Shown: positions 15,810 through 25,766, counted from the first letter of the stretch. The stretch: 36,311 bases of DNA from an uncultured Candidatus Saccharibacteria bacterium (GCA_964512075.1 CAZEID010000011.1:1-36311), one strand, 5' to 3'. Notes: a model not told the origin generated them from the sequence alone. Numbers and translations: made by a program.

Positions 15810-16397
15810 TTACGGAAAAAAGTAGGGAGTGAGATCAACCTCCCAGGCCGCACCGGAACCGCACCCTGCCGCGGAGCATCGCAGACTGTAGGGGGAAGCT
15901 CCTTCCATTGCGAAGAAACCGATGGTTAGGATATGGGTGTCCCAGTTGTAGAACAGCGTTATCCAGTCTTTTGCCACGCCGTTGCGATCAACGACCGAAA
16001 GCTTTCCCTCTCCTTGGAGGGGTCCCCCCGGACCAAAGGTTGCGGAGAGGTCTCCTGACAGGACCTCGGCGGTGATTAACAGTACCACCCGGCCTGGGTT
16101 GGGGGACATTTGTTGGCTTCCTACCGCGGTCGGCCCGTCGTGAATGGACGCCGAAACCAAGCGGATGGTCATCCCCCGGATTCGAAGCGTGGGCAGTGGG
16201 GTGGGGGTTACGGTAGGTGTCGGCGTCGGCGTCCGAGTAGGTGTCGGCGTTCGGGTAGGAGTCGCAGTAGAAGTGGGTGTGAAGGCCGGTGTCGGTGTTT
16301 TCCTCCCCAAAGCTACCTCGATTCCTTCCGCGAGGTTGCAGGCCGCCAGCACGAACATCAGCGTAACGGCTCCGGCAGCAAGCGCTTTTTGGTTCAC
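15810..16397 (-). CDS. Putative lipoprotein with a Thr/Pro-rich linker
   Basis: Lipobox LAAC, (TP)n tract; AGGAG upstream of GTG at 16397. Confidence 0.75.
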   Translation of the reverse strand: MNQKALAAGAVTLMFVLAACNLAEGIEVALGRKTPTPAFTPTSTATPTRTPTPTRTPTPTPTVTPTPLPTLRIRGMTIRLVSASIHDGPTAVGSQQMSPNPGRVVLLITAEVLSGDLSATFGPGGPLQGEGKLSVVDRNGVAKDWITLFYNWDTHILTIGFFAMEGASPYSLRCSAAGCGSGAAWEVDLTPYFFP

Positions 16398-16505
16398 TTC
16401 GTCTCTCCTGTTAGTAAGACCGATTTTCCCAACAAGGCTCCCCAAGCCTATTCGGTCAAGATGCGGCTTCCGCTCCTTTCCCTACTAAGTCAGGTTGTTG
16501 CCGCC

Positions 16506-16534
16506 ATCATAACCTATAGGTGACTTTTTGTCAA
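16506..16534 (-). promoter_or_regulatory. Near-consensus sigma70 promoter
   Basis: TTGACA-17 nt-TATGAT; palindrome ACCTATAGGT in the spacer. Confidence 0.75.
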
Positions 16535-16617
16535 TAGGTTAAGAAGGTCGCGGAACTGATGGGTGCCGTTGCTATTGCGGGGTGAATAGGGGAGAAGGGA
16601 CTCGTTGGACTGCTATT

Positions 16618-17556
16618 CTACTCTTCGAAGAAAGAAAAGCCTTCAACGCTGGGACTAGCAGGGATACCTCCCATTTGAAAGATTATATACATCTGCTTTT
16701 CTTTTTTTTGGAATCTTATTGGATATTTAACATAATGGTAGCCGCCTTGCCAGATGACCGTTGTTGGTGTTCCGAGGGAGGTGTAGGGACCGTAATAATC
16801 CCGGTAAGGTTCGAGTGAACTTTCTTCTAACCTCTCTAGTAAGGAGTAACTGCAACGATTACAGAAATTGGTGAAGTCCTTCCGATTATAGTAACCGAGC
16901 ATCTCCTTTGCGATGGGAGTAGTTGCGGTTAGCACCATTGCTTCCTCAGCTTCTCCAAGAGTGTAAGCTTTCCTTTGGAATAGCGTTGCGCCCGAGTAAA
17001 GACCGCCAACTACCAAAATGAGTCCCAAAGTTCCCAGTATCCACTTCTTTCTAGTAAGAAGAAATATGCTGAATGCCGCGAGCGGAAGAAAAGTAATCCT
17101 GCCGTAGATAAAGTTCTGATAGTAATCGGGAGGATTAGTTCCGAAGGCGACTAGGAGCGCAATTGAAATAGAAATTGGGATTAGTGCTATTAATTTCTTA
17201 AGAATAGAGGATTCCTTTCGGACCCAAAAGATTGAGCCAATGATGACGAAAGAAAGTTGCAAGGGTATGAGGGTTAGGAAAATTTTTTCGTCATTGGCGT
17301 TGAGGAGATCCTCCACGCCGGTTCCGGAGATTGATAGAACGGTCAAAATCAATGTGAAGAAGGCGAGCGAGCTCCAAAACTTAAGATTCTTGATAATAAG
17401 TAGCGTGTAGATTAGGAGCGAAATTGTGCTGGCGACGAACATGAGAAGAAGGTTCTTTTCCGAAGCGTAGTAGAAGGCGAATCCCATGGGGAAGAACGCG
17501 GCAAAGTATAGAAAAAACCAAACCGATTTGCGAGCGGCGGTTTTTAAATCGAGCAT
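16618..17556 (-). CDS. Polytopic membrane protein with a soluble C-terminal domain (DUF3887-like)
   Basis: About seven hydrophobic segments, then a ~110-aa polar domain. Confidence 0.75.
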   Translation of the reverse strand: MLDLKTAARKSVWFFLYFAAFFPMGFAFYYASEKNLLLMFVASTISLLIYTLLIIKNLKFWSSLAFFTLILTVLSISGTGVEDLLNANDEKIFLTLIPLQLSFVIIGSIFWVRKESSILKKLIALIPISISIALLVAFGTNPPDYYQNFIYGRITFLPLAAFSIFLLTRKKWILGTLGLILVVGGLYSGATLFQRKAYTLGEAEEAMVLTATTPIAKEMLGYYNRKDFTNFCNRCSYSLLERLEESSLEPYRDYYGPYTSLGTPTTVIWQGGYHYVKYPIRFQKKEKQMYIIFQMGGIPASPSVEGFSFFEE

Positions 17557-17661
17557 TCGACCTTATTCTACTATTTATACTTATGTTCATGATTTGCATT
17601 GCCTTGACTTGTGTGGTACATTCAGTTCAATCAACCCTGCCTCGTAGGGTCTATTTTTTAA

Positions 17662-20388
17662 ATGAGAACCGATCTTAAACGAAAAATCGGCTCGCTGGCA
17701 GTTTCGCTCTTAATGGTTGCGGGGCAATATGCTCCGCTTTTTGGTACTCTTCTCACCCCAAATTACGCTTTTGCAAGCCCAGCTCTTCCTCTCGTGTGTC
17801 CGGGAGTAATTGGCGATTACAATCTCGTTGATATCGCAGGCGGCGATTCAACGACCGATGGAAAAGATTTCATCTTCGCTGGAGACTCGAATACGGTGGG
17901 TATTAATGCCAAAAAGGGAGACGACTGCATTTTGATTGGTGATAATAATTCGGGAAAAATCGATGGTGGTAACGGTAACGACGTAATCGTTGTTGGAAAC
18001 AATAACGGGGGCGAGATACTTGGCGGCGAGAATAACGACAAGATCGTTGTGGGGAATAACAACAGCGCTCCGGTAAATGGAGGCAAGGGCGACGACACAA
18101 TTACTATCGGTGATAGCAACTCCGGAAAAATTTCTGGACACGACAACCAAGATAAAATCACTGTTGGAGACAACAACACAGGTGAAATAAGCGGAGATAA
18201 GCACGATGACGTCATCATCGTTGGAAACAACAACTCAGGTAAAGTCTCTGGTGGTGACAACGAAGACGACATTACTATTGGTGACAACAACTCGGGTGAT
18301 ATATACGGCAACAAACACGACGATACAATCACTGTTGGTTGTGGTAACACGGGGATAGTGGATGGCGGTGAAGGAAACGACACAGGTGAAGGAAACGACA
18401 CAGTTACCGTTGGTGGTGATTGTGTGGTAGCTGATACCACTGCACCCGCGGTTCCAGATTTGGTTTCCCCCTTTGATGGGGCGGTGATCAAACCGAGTGC
18501 GGCGGTTTTGGATTGGACCGACGTTTCCGACCCAAGTGGTCCGGTTATCTATTGGTATCAGAGTTTTTGGAGTGGCGGTGGTCACTATGGTCCGGTTTCT
18601 ACTGGTACCAACTCGTTTATAAATGCGACCGGTAGTGCAGACCGTGTTTACCAGTGGCAAGTGCAGGCTTGTGATTCTGCTCCAGTTCCGAACTGCAGCG
18701 CCTGGTCACCTCTTTGGGAAGTAACAATTGATGGAACTGTTCCTCCCACTCCTACAATCGTTTTTCCAGGTGCCGAACAGTACTTTACCTCCCAACCGAT
18801 CCTTAATGACTGGACGGACGTTGTCGACAATCTCTCGGGGCTAGACTATTACAGGATTGAGTACGCTTACGACGACGGCCACACCTTTAGCGGATTCCCC
18901 TATCGGACAGCTACTATCTCCGAGCGTAATCATACTCCTGGAATTGGTGAGCAGGGTGGGGTGAGGTTCCGCGTCCAAGCATTCGATAAAGCTGGAAACG
19001 AAGGTGCTTGGAGCGAGTGGCGGCACTACTACTATGACGCTTCCGATCCGTGGACTGTCTTTACCTCCCCTACGAACGGCCAGATTTTTGCCGGTCCTAT
19101 CCATATTTCGGGAATCTCCGAAGATAATCCCAAATTTGGTGGGATTGTTGACTGGGTAGACCTTTTCTACAGCGTTTCCGGGGAAAACGACTGGCAGCCG
19201 CTAGTGACCAACTCTAACCCGGCTGGATATGAGCCGTTTTCTTGGGGAACAAACTGGACCCCCTTAGTGGATGGGACTTATGATCTTAAAGCTGTCGCTA
19301 CTGATCGGGCCGGGAATGTCGAAGGAACCGCTTACGTTTACGGGATTATTTATGATAATACCGACCCGGTCGTAGAGATTACCTCTCCGACTGAGACGTT
19401 CCTTAATGGAACGGTTGCAATTCGGGGCAGCGTAAATGATACCAATCCCTGGCGGTACTGGCTGGTTATTCAAAATTCTTCAAACTCTACCGTTGCTGGC
19501 CCAGGCACCGTTTATGACAGTACATCTTTCACCGACAAGTTCTTCTTCAACTGGAATACCACCGCAGTTCCTGATGGAACTTACACAATTAAGTTGGAGG
19601 CCCGCGACCTGGCGGGCAACAAATCTGGCAACCCGGGAGTTTCCTACGATTGGATGGTGGTTACGGTCGATAATACGGCACCGGTTGTAACTTGGAACAG
19701 CCCGCTGAACGGCGATGAAATTTCCGGAGATTCCGTCCTACTTGACGCGGGGGTAGTGGAGCTTAATCCGGACGGGGGAATTAGCTACTTCTACAAAGTT
19801 TTGGGTGCCAATGACTCCACCCTTCTTCCGATTTCCTCTCCTTGGGATCTGGCACTGATTTCTCTTGACTACTACACTTTGGTTGCTCGAGCTTCTGATC
19901 TGGCCGGTAATTTGGGCGAAGCGCGGATTGACATTGCGGTCAAGGCCGTTGTTTCTGGCGAGACGGCGGTAGGAGTTTCAACCACTTCCTTTGCAGTGGC
20001 GTGGACCACGGACAAGCCAACCACTAGTCGAGTAGTTTACGATACTGTTTCCCACCCGGTTTTGGGAGCAGCTCCCAACTATGGTTACGCCTTCTCGACG
20101 GACACGTTTGATATTGATCCGAAAGTTACCTCTCATTCCGTGTTTCTTACTGGTCTTACTCCCGGAAAGACCTATTACTTTAGAACTATTTCTTCCGGCT
20201 CTCCGACCACAATTGGGGAGGAGCGGTCCGTAAAGACGGGGGACGTTCTGGGAGAGGAGACTGAGCGGGAGGAGGGAGAAGTTCTTCCCGCAACGGGAGT
20301 CCAGGTTGAGAGGTTGGCCTTTGCCGCGCTGGCTTTCGCAGTCGGCAGTTTGCTGCGGAGAAAATCCCGTTTTCTTAAGTCCCGTTAA
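17662..20388 (+). CDS. Large surface protein: RTX-like repeats, Ig/FN3-like domains, LPxTG-type sorting signal
   Basis: Signal peptide; about nine 19-aa repeats; DTTAP/DNTAP and D.AGN Ig-like motifs; LPATG + hydrophobic stretch + RRKSRFLKSR. Confidence 0.88.
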   Translation: MRTDLKRKIGSLAVSLLMVAGQYAPLFGTLLTPNYAFASPALPLVCPGVIGDYNLVDIAGGDSTTDGKDFIFAGDSNTVGINAKKGDDCILIGDNNSGKIDGGNGNDVIVVGNNNGGEILGGENNDKIVVGNNNSAPVNGGKGDDTITIGDSNSGKISGHDNQDKITVGDNNTGEISGDKHDDVIIVGNNNSGKVSGGDNEDDITIGDNNSGDIYGNKHDDTITVGCGNTGIVDGGEGNDTGEGNDTVTVGGDCVVADTTAPAVPDLVSPFDGAVIKPSAAVLDWTDVSDPSGPVIYWYQSFWSGGGHYGPVSTGTNSFINATGSADRVYQWQVQACDSAPVPNCSAWSPLWEVTIDGTVPPTPTIVFPGAEQYFTSQPILNDWTDVVDNLSGLDYYRIEYAYDDGHTFSGFPYRTATISERNHTPGIGEQGGVRFRVQAFDKAGNEGAWSEWRHYYYDASDPWTVFTSPTNGQIFAGPIHISGISEDNPKFGGIVDWVDLFYSVSGENDWQPLVTNSNPAGYEPFSWGTNWTPLVDGTYDLKAVATDRAGNVEGTAYVYGIIYDNTDPVVEITSPTETFLNGTVAIRGSVNDTNPWRYWLVIQNSSNSTVAGPGTVYDSTSFTDKFFFNWNTTAVPDGTYTIKLEARDLAGNKSGNPGVSYDWMVVTVDNTAPVVTWNSPLNGDEISGDSVLLDAGVVELNPDGGISYFYKVLGANDSTLLPISSPWDLALISLDYYTLVARASDLAGNLGEARIDIAVKAVVSGETAVGVSTTSFAVAWTTDKPTTSRVVYDTVSHPVLGAAPNYGYAFSTDTFDIDPKVTSHSVFLTGLTPGKTYYFRTISSGSPTTIGEERSVKTGDVLGEETEREEGEVLPATGVQVERLAFAALAFAVGSLLRRKSRFLKSR

Positions 20389-20417
20389 ATATCCCTTGTA
20401 TTGCTAAAATGCGTTAG

Positions 20418-20711
20418 ATGGCCGAAAAGGCTTCTTCGGGATTGGCCCGCGCGTGCGTTCGGATCTACGGAAAAGTTCAAAATGTGGGCTTTCGTTTCTA
20501 TGTGCATCGGCGAGCCGCCGCGGCGGGCTTGGTCGGCTCGGTCCGGAATCTAAATACCAACGCTATTGAGATTTTTCTTCAAGGGGATCGCCGCCGAATT
20601 GAGAAGTGCATCGAAGAGTGCCGCCGCGGCCCGCTGCTTGCCCAAGTGGAGAGGGTGGAAGTCGTGTGGCAGAAGCCGATCAAAGAGTTGAACCATTTTG
20701 AGATCCGTTAA
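20418..20711 (+). CDS. acyP: Acylphosphatase
   Basis: GKVQNVGFR, GSVRN, GP..A.V. Confidence 0.9.
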   Translation: MAEKASSGLARACVRIYGKVQNVGFRFYVHRRAAAAGLVGSVRNLNTNAIEIFLQGDRRRIEKCIEECRRGPLLAQVERVEVVWQKPIKELNHFEIR

Positions 20712-21425
20712 ATGGTTTGGGTTGGCACCTCCGGTTGGAATTACCCGCATTGGCGATCAGTTTTCTATCCTTCCGACCTTTCCTCCCGTTCTTGGCTATC
20801 TTTTTACGCCCGAAGTTTTTCGGCGGTGGAAGTAAACTATTCTTTTTATCATCTTCCCAAAGTCGAAACTTATCGGAAGTGGTTTGAACAGACTCCCGAG
20901 GAGTTTTTGTTTGCCCTGAAGGCCTCCCGCTTTCTAACCCACGTCAAGCGGCTGAAGGAAGCTCGGACACCCTTGGAAAATTTTCTGGAGAACTCCGCGG
21001 CGCTGGGCGACAAGCGGGGACCGATCTTCTTTCAACTCCCGCCCTCTTTTAAGGTGGATTTAGTTCGCTTGGAGGAGTTTTTAAAGATTTTGCCGCGGGG
21101 GATGCGCTTTGCTTTTGAATTTCGCCACCCCTCTTGGTTTGGGGAGGAAGTTTATCGCCTTCTGCGGAAGTACAATGCGGCGCTGATTTTCGCCGATACT
21201 CCCCGCTACCCCTACGCAGAAGTTCGAACCGCGGATTTCTTTTACTTGCGCTTGCACGGCCATGAAGCGCTTTACGCTTCTTCCTACTCTGATAAGCAAT
21301 TAGAAGACTACGCCGCTAAAATCCGGGAGTGGGGGAGGGAAGGGGAGGGGTTTGTTTTCTTCGATAATGATTTCTCCGGCTTTGCGGTGAAGAATGCTCT
21401 CCACCTGAAGAAGTTGTTAAGATAG
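20712..21425 (+). CDS. DUF72 family protein
   Basis: GTSGW.YPHW, VEVNYSFY, FQLPPSF, EFRHPSW, YLRLHG, FFDND. Confidence 0.93.
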   Translation: MVWVGTSGWNYPHWRSVFYPSDLSSRSWLSFYARSFSAVEVNYSFYHLPKVETYRKWFEQTPEEFLFALKASRFLTHVKRLKEARTPLENFLENSAALGDKRGPIFFQLPPSFKVDLVRLEEFLKILPRGMRFAFEFRHPSWFGEEVYRLLRKYNAALIFADTPRYPYAEVRTADFFYLRLHGHEALYASSYSDKQLEDYAAKIREWGREGEGFVFFDNDFSGFAVKNALHLKKLLR

Positions 21426-21506
21426 AAAAAGCAAGATGCGAAAGGCCGAAAGCGAAAGGTGGAAAAGGTTTTAATCCTTAGCCATTAGCTTCGCGCCTCT
21501 AAGACG

Positions 21507-22931
21507 ATGACTGATTCGCAGGCCTACGTTTTCCGGAAAGAGGAATTAAAGCTTAATCCTTACGTTTTCCGAACTAACGATATTCGGGGGATTTTTGAGA
21601 AGGACTTTGATGAAGAGGATTCCGTGCTGATCGGGCGCGCTTTTGGCACTTGGCTTCAGGACAAGGGCAAGGATAGCGTTTGCTTGGGGATGGACAATCG
21701 GATTACCTCTCCTAAGATTCACGCGGCGGTCTTGGAGGGCTTACTTTCAACGGGGATTAAGGTTTTCGATTTGGGATTAACAACTACACCGATGACTTAC
21801 TTGGCCCCGGTTTTGCATAACGCGGGGGGTTCGGTGATGGTAACGGCTTCCCACCTTCCCTTGGAATGGAATGGGATGAAGCTCTCTTTCGAGGACCGGA
21901 CGATTTTTGGGGATGAGATTCAGGAAGTGCGGAAGATTGCCGAACGGCGGCAGTTCCGGGAGGGAAAGGGAACGATGGAGAAGCTGGATTTTAAGGAAGC
22001 TTATCAGGATGCGCTCAAACGGAGTTTAGAGGAATTGGCCCAAGTCGCGCCCGCTCCCAAAGTTCGCTCACTTAAGATTGTGGTTGATTCGGGAAACGGA
22101 ACCGCCGGGCTCTTAGCTCCCCAGCTTTTGCGAGGGTTGGATTGCGAAATAATTGAGTTGCATACGCGGTTGGATGGAACTTTCCCTAACCATGGCCCGG
22201 ATCCGACCCTTGGCCCCAATATGTTGGAGGCGATCAACAAAGTAAAGAAAGAAGGCGCCGATTTTGGTTTAGTTTTTGATCCCGACGCTGACCGGGTTAA
22301 CGTTTGCGATGATCGAGGGTTCGTTCTTTGGGGGGATGGAATTTTGCTGCTTTTCGCTCGTGATATCTTGTCGCGGAATCCGCGCACCGAAATTCTCTAC
22401 AACACTCAATGCTCGCCCGCGGTGGAGGAAGATATTGTAGCCCACGGGGGAATTCCGGTGATGGTTCCAACTGGACACTCCTTGGTGCTAAATGAGCTCC
22501 GTTTTTACGGCGGGGTTTTCGCAGGCGAATACAAGTGCCACTTTTACTTTTATGACCACTTCTACGGCTTCGACGACGGGATCTACGCGGCGCTGCGACT
22601 GGTTAAGATTTTGGAGAAAAATAGGGACCCGCTTTCCAAAATTATGTCCGACGTTCCTTTCTACCACTCCACCGGCGAAATTGAAATTCCGGTTCCGGAC
22701 GAGCGGAAGTTCAGTGTGCAAGAGAAGATTAAGAATGAACTTCGCCGGCGTTATTTTGTGAACGAGATGGACGGGGCGCGGGTGAAGTTCCGGGATATGC
22801 CGGACACTTGGGGGCTGGTTCGGGCTTCGGGAACCTTTCCAAAATTGGAGGCTTTTGCCTGGGCGCGAACTCGGGAGAATCTGATTGCCGCCAAGGAAAT
22901 TCTGCTAAAGGAGATTCAAAACCACCTTTAG
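21507..22931 (+). CDS. Phosphomannomutase/phosphoglucomutase
   Basis: DIRG, TASHLP phosphoserine motif, DPDADR metal loop, RASGT. Confidence 0.93.
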   Translation: MTDSQAYVFRKEELKLNPYVFRTNDIRGIFEKDFDEEDSVLIGRAFGTWLQDKGKDSVCLGMDNRITSPKIHAAVLEGLLSTGIKVFDLGLTTTPMTYLAPVLHNAGGSVMVTASHLPLEWNGMKLSFEDRTIFGDEIQEVRKIAERRQFREGKGTMEKLDFKEAYQDALKRSLEELAQVAPAPKVRSLKIVVDSGNGTAGLLAPQLLRGLDCEIIELHTRLDGTFPNHGPDPTLGPNMLEAINKVKKEGADFGLVFDPDADRVNVCDDRGFVLWGDGILLLFARDILSRNPRTEILYNTQCSPAVEEDIVAHGGIPVMVPTGHSLVLNELRFYGGVFAGEYKCHFYFYDHFYGFDDGIYAALRLVKILEKNRDPLSKIMSDVPFYHSTGEIEIPVPDERKFSVQEKIKNELRRRYFVNEMDGARVKFRDMPDTWGLVRASGTFPKLEAFAWARTRENLIAAKEILLKEIQNHL

Positions 22932-22943
22932 GTAATTGTTATA

Positions 22944-23483
22944 GTGAAAGCTGAAATGGTAACAATTTCCCAAAGAACTATTGGTGAGATGAAGGAAGTG
23001 GCGTACCAGCCTCAAGCAATTAGGCTGGAAGACGAAGATTTAGCCTATGCGGTGATCCGGAAGTCCGGCAATAACCTCACCATCTTTCCGGTTTATCTTC
23101 TCGGGAGTGAGTATCCTAAGACCTACGGTCATTTCCATGTTCCTCCTTTCGAGGAGCATTACCGCGTTTTATTTGGGCGAGCCGGGTTTCTGCTTCAGCA
23201 GATGGAGGGAGAGAAAGTTACGAGGGTTAAATTCCAGGTGGTGGAGTCTGGAGGGGAGTTGGTGGTTCCCGCGGGCTGGGGCCATGTCGCAATTAACTTA
23301 GGCGAAGATTATCTAGTGACGCAGGACGACCACGAACCGGCGCACTTTGCTAATGAATACTCCCTAGTAAAGAACCGAGGAGGTTTCGGCTATTTTATCG
23401 TCGCGGAGGGGGAAGCTTGGAAAGCGGTGCCCAATCCCCACTATCCCGATCTCCCCCCTTTGGAGGTGGCTGAGCGTGGCTGA
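22944..23483 (+). CDS. Cupin-type (archaeal-like) glucose-6-phosphate isomerase; start may be ATG 22956
   Basis: KTYGHFH, E.Y.VL.G, VPAGWGH..IN, NPHY. Confidence 0.8.
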   Translation: MKAEMVTISQRTIGEMKEVAYQPQAIRLEDEDLAYAVIRKSGNNLTIFPVYLLGSEYPKTYGHFHVPPFEEHYRVLFGRAGFLLQQMEGEKVTRVKFQVVESGGELVVPAGWGHVAINLGEDYLVTQDDHEPAHFANEYSLVKNRGGFGYFIVAEGEAWKAVPNPHYPDLPPLEVAERG

Positions 23484-23661
23484 CGAGGAGATTTACCACT
23501 ATTCTCCCAAAGAGGCCGAGCGGGAGCGGCGGCGGGAAAGGAAGCGCCGGCCTAAAATGAGAATTTCCGGTCGAAGCGTGATCGGATTAGCCCAACTTAT
23601 TTCCCGGCGAGCGCAGGAAATCGGGAGAGAAAGAAAGACCGGCCCCCTGAAACCAACCTAG
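23476..23661 (+). CDS. Small basic hypothetical protein
   Basis: 61-aa ORF filling the gap in the operon; MRISGRSV motif. Confidence 0.55.
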   Translation: MADEEIYHYSPKEAERERRRERKRRPKMRISGRSVIGLAQLISRRAQEIGRERKTGPLKPT

Positions 23662-23677
23662 TTTTTGAAGAGATAAA

Positions 23678-25114
23678 ATGAGGACTCTAGTTTTCTTACA
23701 GGAAATCGGTTTGCGGGACGCTGCCGTTTTTGGGGAAGAGGCCGCCGCGCTAAGTGACCTTTACAAGGTGGGCATTCCGGTGGCGCCGGCATTCGTTTTG
23801 CCTTCCGCTGCTTATGCAGAGTTTCTTAGCAGTAAAGGAGCTCGGCAGATTTTTTCTTCTTCCGGACCGCGGGATCCCGAGAGCCTTCGTCGAGAGCTAG
23901 CCGGCTTAACAATTCCCCCCCGACTTTCCCGGGAAATCTTGGAGTTTTATCGCCGGCTTTCCGGTCCTCGCGATATTTTCGTTTCGGTAAGAGCGGGAAA
24001 CACGGCGGCGCGAGTGGGAAGCGGCGAAGAGTTGCTGGCCGAAATTAAGCGGATTTGGGTTGGGCATTTAGTTACGACCCATTTGCGGGGGGGAGATTTT
24101 TTCCGAGAGGCTTTGCCAATTTTAGTTCAACAGGAAACGGTAGCCGAATTGGCGGGGGAGCTAGTAACTTCCGCTGAAGAGTTAGCTTCGGCCGACTTTT
24201 GCTTGGTGGAAGTTAATCACCCAGGGGGAAAGGAAAGATTTGTTCTCGAGAAAAGTAGCGGGCGGGAGGTACGGCGAATCATCTCTGGCTCGGTGGAGGA
24301 TCAAACTGATATTCAGGTGCTGGGTGAACTCTCCGTCTGGGCCCCCAAAATTGAGCAGGTTCTAGGGGGAGTCTTTCGGTTGGGATGGACATTTTATCAG
24401 GGCCAATTCGTTTTTAGTTATCTCAAGCGGTTTTTCCTTCCTCCCCAAAAAGCGGCGGTATTGGATATTTGGGTAGAGGCTACTCACCATGCTTTGGATT
24501 CGGTTCCGGGGGTGGGAGGTGTGGTTGTGCGGGATGCTAAGCAGGCGGTGGCGATCGCTCGGCGGTTTCCTCACCGGGCCGTCCTCCTTTTCCTAGAGCC
24601 CTTTAACTTTGAGCAGTTGGAAGACTTTCGGGAAGGGAAGCGCAAGTTGGGGATGAAGAACCTCCATCTAATTCTTCCTCCGGTTCGGACGGTGGATGGG
24701 ATGCGGGAGCTAAAACGCTATCTCTCCGGGGAGAGAATTCAACGGGGGACGAACCTCAAGTTTTTCTTTCAAGTTGTCTATCCCGCTAACGTGATTCTTT
24801 TGGACCAGTTTCTCCAAGTGGGAGTGGACGGGGTGGTCCTGAATGAAGAAGAGGTGGCAAAATCCTTGCTCGGTACGGTTGAGAAAGTGGAGCCGGACGA
24901 ATCCTTAATTTGGGCAGTGAAGGAGACTGCTCGGCAGTGCCAGACGGCCCGGATGGATTTTCTCTACCGGGCGGGACAGCCCCGGGACTGGCTTTTGTTG
25001 GAGCTAACTCGCTTGGGAGTAAACGGCGTGATTGTACCCCAGCATCAGCACGCCCAGTACGTAGAGTCCCTCCGAGAAGCGGAGGGGGAAAGTCTGCTCA
25101 AATCCCGTGACTAA
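23678..25114 (+). CDS. Degenerate PEP synthase (PpsA)-like protein
   Basis: GIPV.PAFV...AY..FL, VSVR, ILVQ, NLHLILPPVRT and PANVIL align with PpsA; no phospho-His domain. Confidence 0.7.
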   Translation: MRTLVFLQEIGLRDAAVFGEEAAALSDLYKVGIPVAPAFVLPSAAYAEFLSSKGARQIFSSSGPRDPESLRRELAGLTIPPRLSREILEFYRRLSGPRDIFVSVRAGNTAARVGSGEELLAEIKRIWVGHLVTTHLRGGDFFREALPILVQQETVAELAGELVTSAEELASADFCLVEVNHPGGKERFVLEKSSGREVRRIISGSVEDQTDIQVLGELSVWAPKIEQVLGGVFRLGWTFYQGQFVFSYLKRFFLPPQKAAVLDIWVEATHHALDSVPGVGGVVVRDAKQAVAIARRFPHRAVLLFLEPFNFEQLEDFREGKRKLGMKNLHLILPPVRTVDGMRELKRYLSGERIQRGTNLKFFFQVVYPANVILLDQFLQVGVDGVVLNEEEVAKSLLGTVEKVEPDESLIWAVKETARQCQTARMDFLYRAGQPRDWLLLELTRLGVNGVIVPQHQHAQYVESLREAEGESLLKSRD

Positions 25115-25742
25115 TTTCTTGTCCGCTTTGATTAGCTGGGGACAGGATTTGATGGTTTCCTTGGGATATGGGGGAATCTTTCTGGTAGCGGTGCTGGAAA
25201 ACTTCTTTCCGCCTCTTCCTTCGGAGCTAATTTTTCCTTTCGCTGGATTCATTGCTGGTCAAGGCCATTTTCAGATTTTTCCCGTGGTTTTGACAGGGAC
25301 TTTCGGCGCTTTAGTTGGAGCTTGGTTTTGGTACGGTCTGGGTTACCTCTTAGGACGGGCTAACTTGAAAATTTGGCTGGACCGGTACGGCCCTTTTCTG
25401 CGGGTGCACTTTTCGGACGTGAAAACCGCGGAGAGATGGTTTGCCCGGTTTGGGGGCCCCGCGGTTCTGCTGGGTCGGCTTGTTCCCCTCGTCCGAACGT
25501 TAATTTCCGTCCCCGCCGGGTTTGTCCGCATGCCGCTTTTCCAATTCAACCTTTATAGTTTCGTCGGTTCGCTTTTGTGGATTGGCTGGCTCTCTTTTGC
25601 AGGCTTTCTTCTGGGAGAAAACTGGTCCCAAATTGTCCCGGTCGTTCAGAATTACGAATTGGCTATGGAGCTAGGTTTGGTCTTACTGATCGGTTTTCTC
25701 GGCTTTCGGCTTTATTCTCACCGCCACCAATCGAAGAGATGA
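25107..25742 (+). CDS. dedA: DedA family membrane protein
   Basis: LENFFPPLPSELI, GRLVPLVRTLISVPAG. Confidence 0.93.
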   Translation: MTNFLSALISWGQDLMVSLGYGGIFLVAVLENFFPPLPSELIFPFAGFIAGQGHFQIFPVVLTGTFGALVGAWFWYGLGYLLGRANLKIWLDRYGPFLRVHFSDVKTAERWFARFGGPAVLLGRLVPLVRTLISVPAGFVRMPLFQFNLYSFVGSLLWIGWLSFAGFLLGENWSQIVPVVQNYELAMELGLVLLIGFLGFRLYSHRHQSKR

Positions 25743-25766
25743 GAGCCGCGGGTTGGGCGGACCTTT

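Noticed and set aside
16110-18660. Long antisense ORFs (16110-16523, 16144-16488, 17817-18491 and similar)
   Set aside because: Shadow frames of low-complexity repeats in real genes; the other overlapping short ORFs in the track were dropped as shadows too
21523-21571. Duplicated YVFR at the PGM N-terminus (TACGTTTTCCG twice)
   Set aside because: Small local duplication with no evident function
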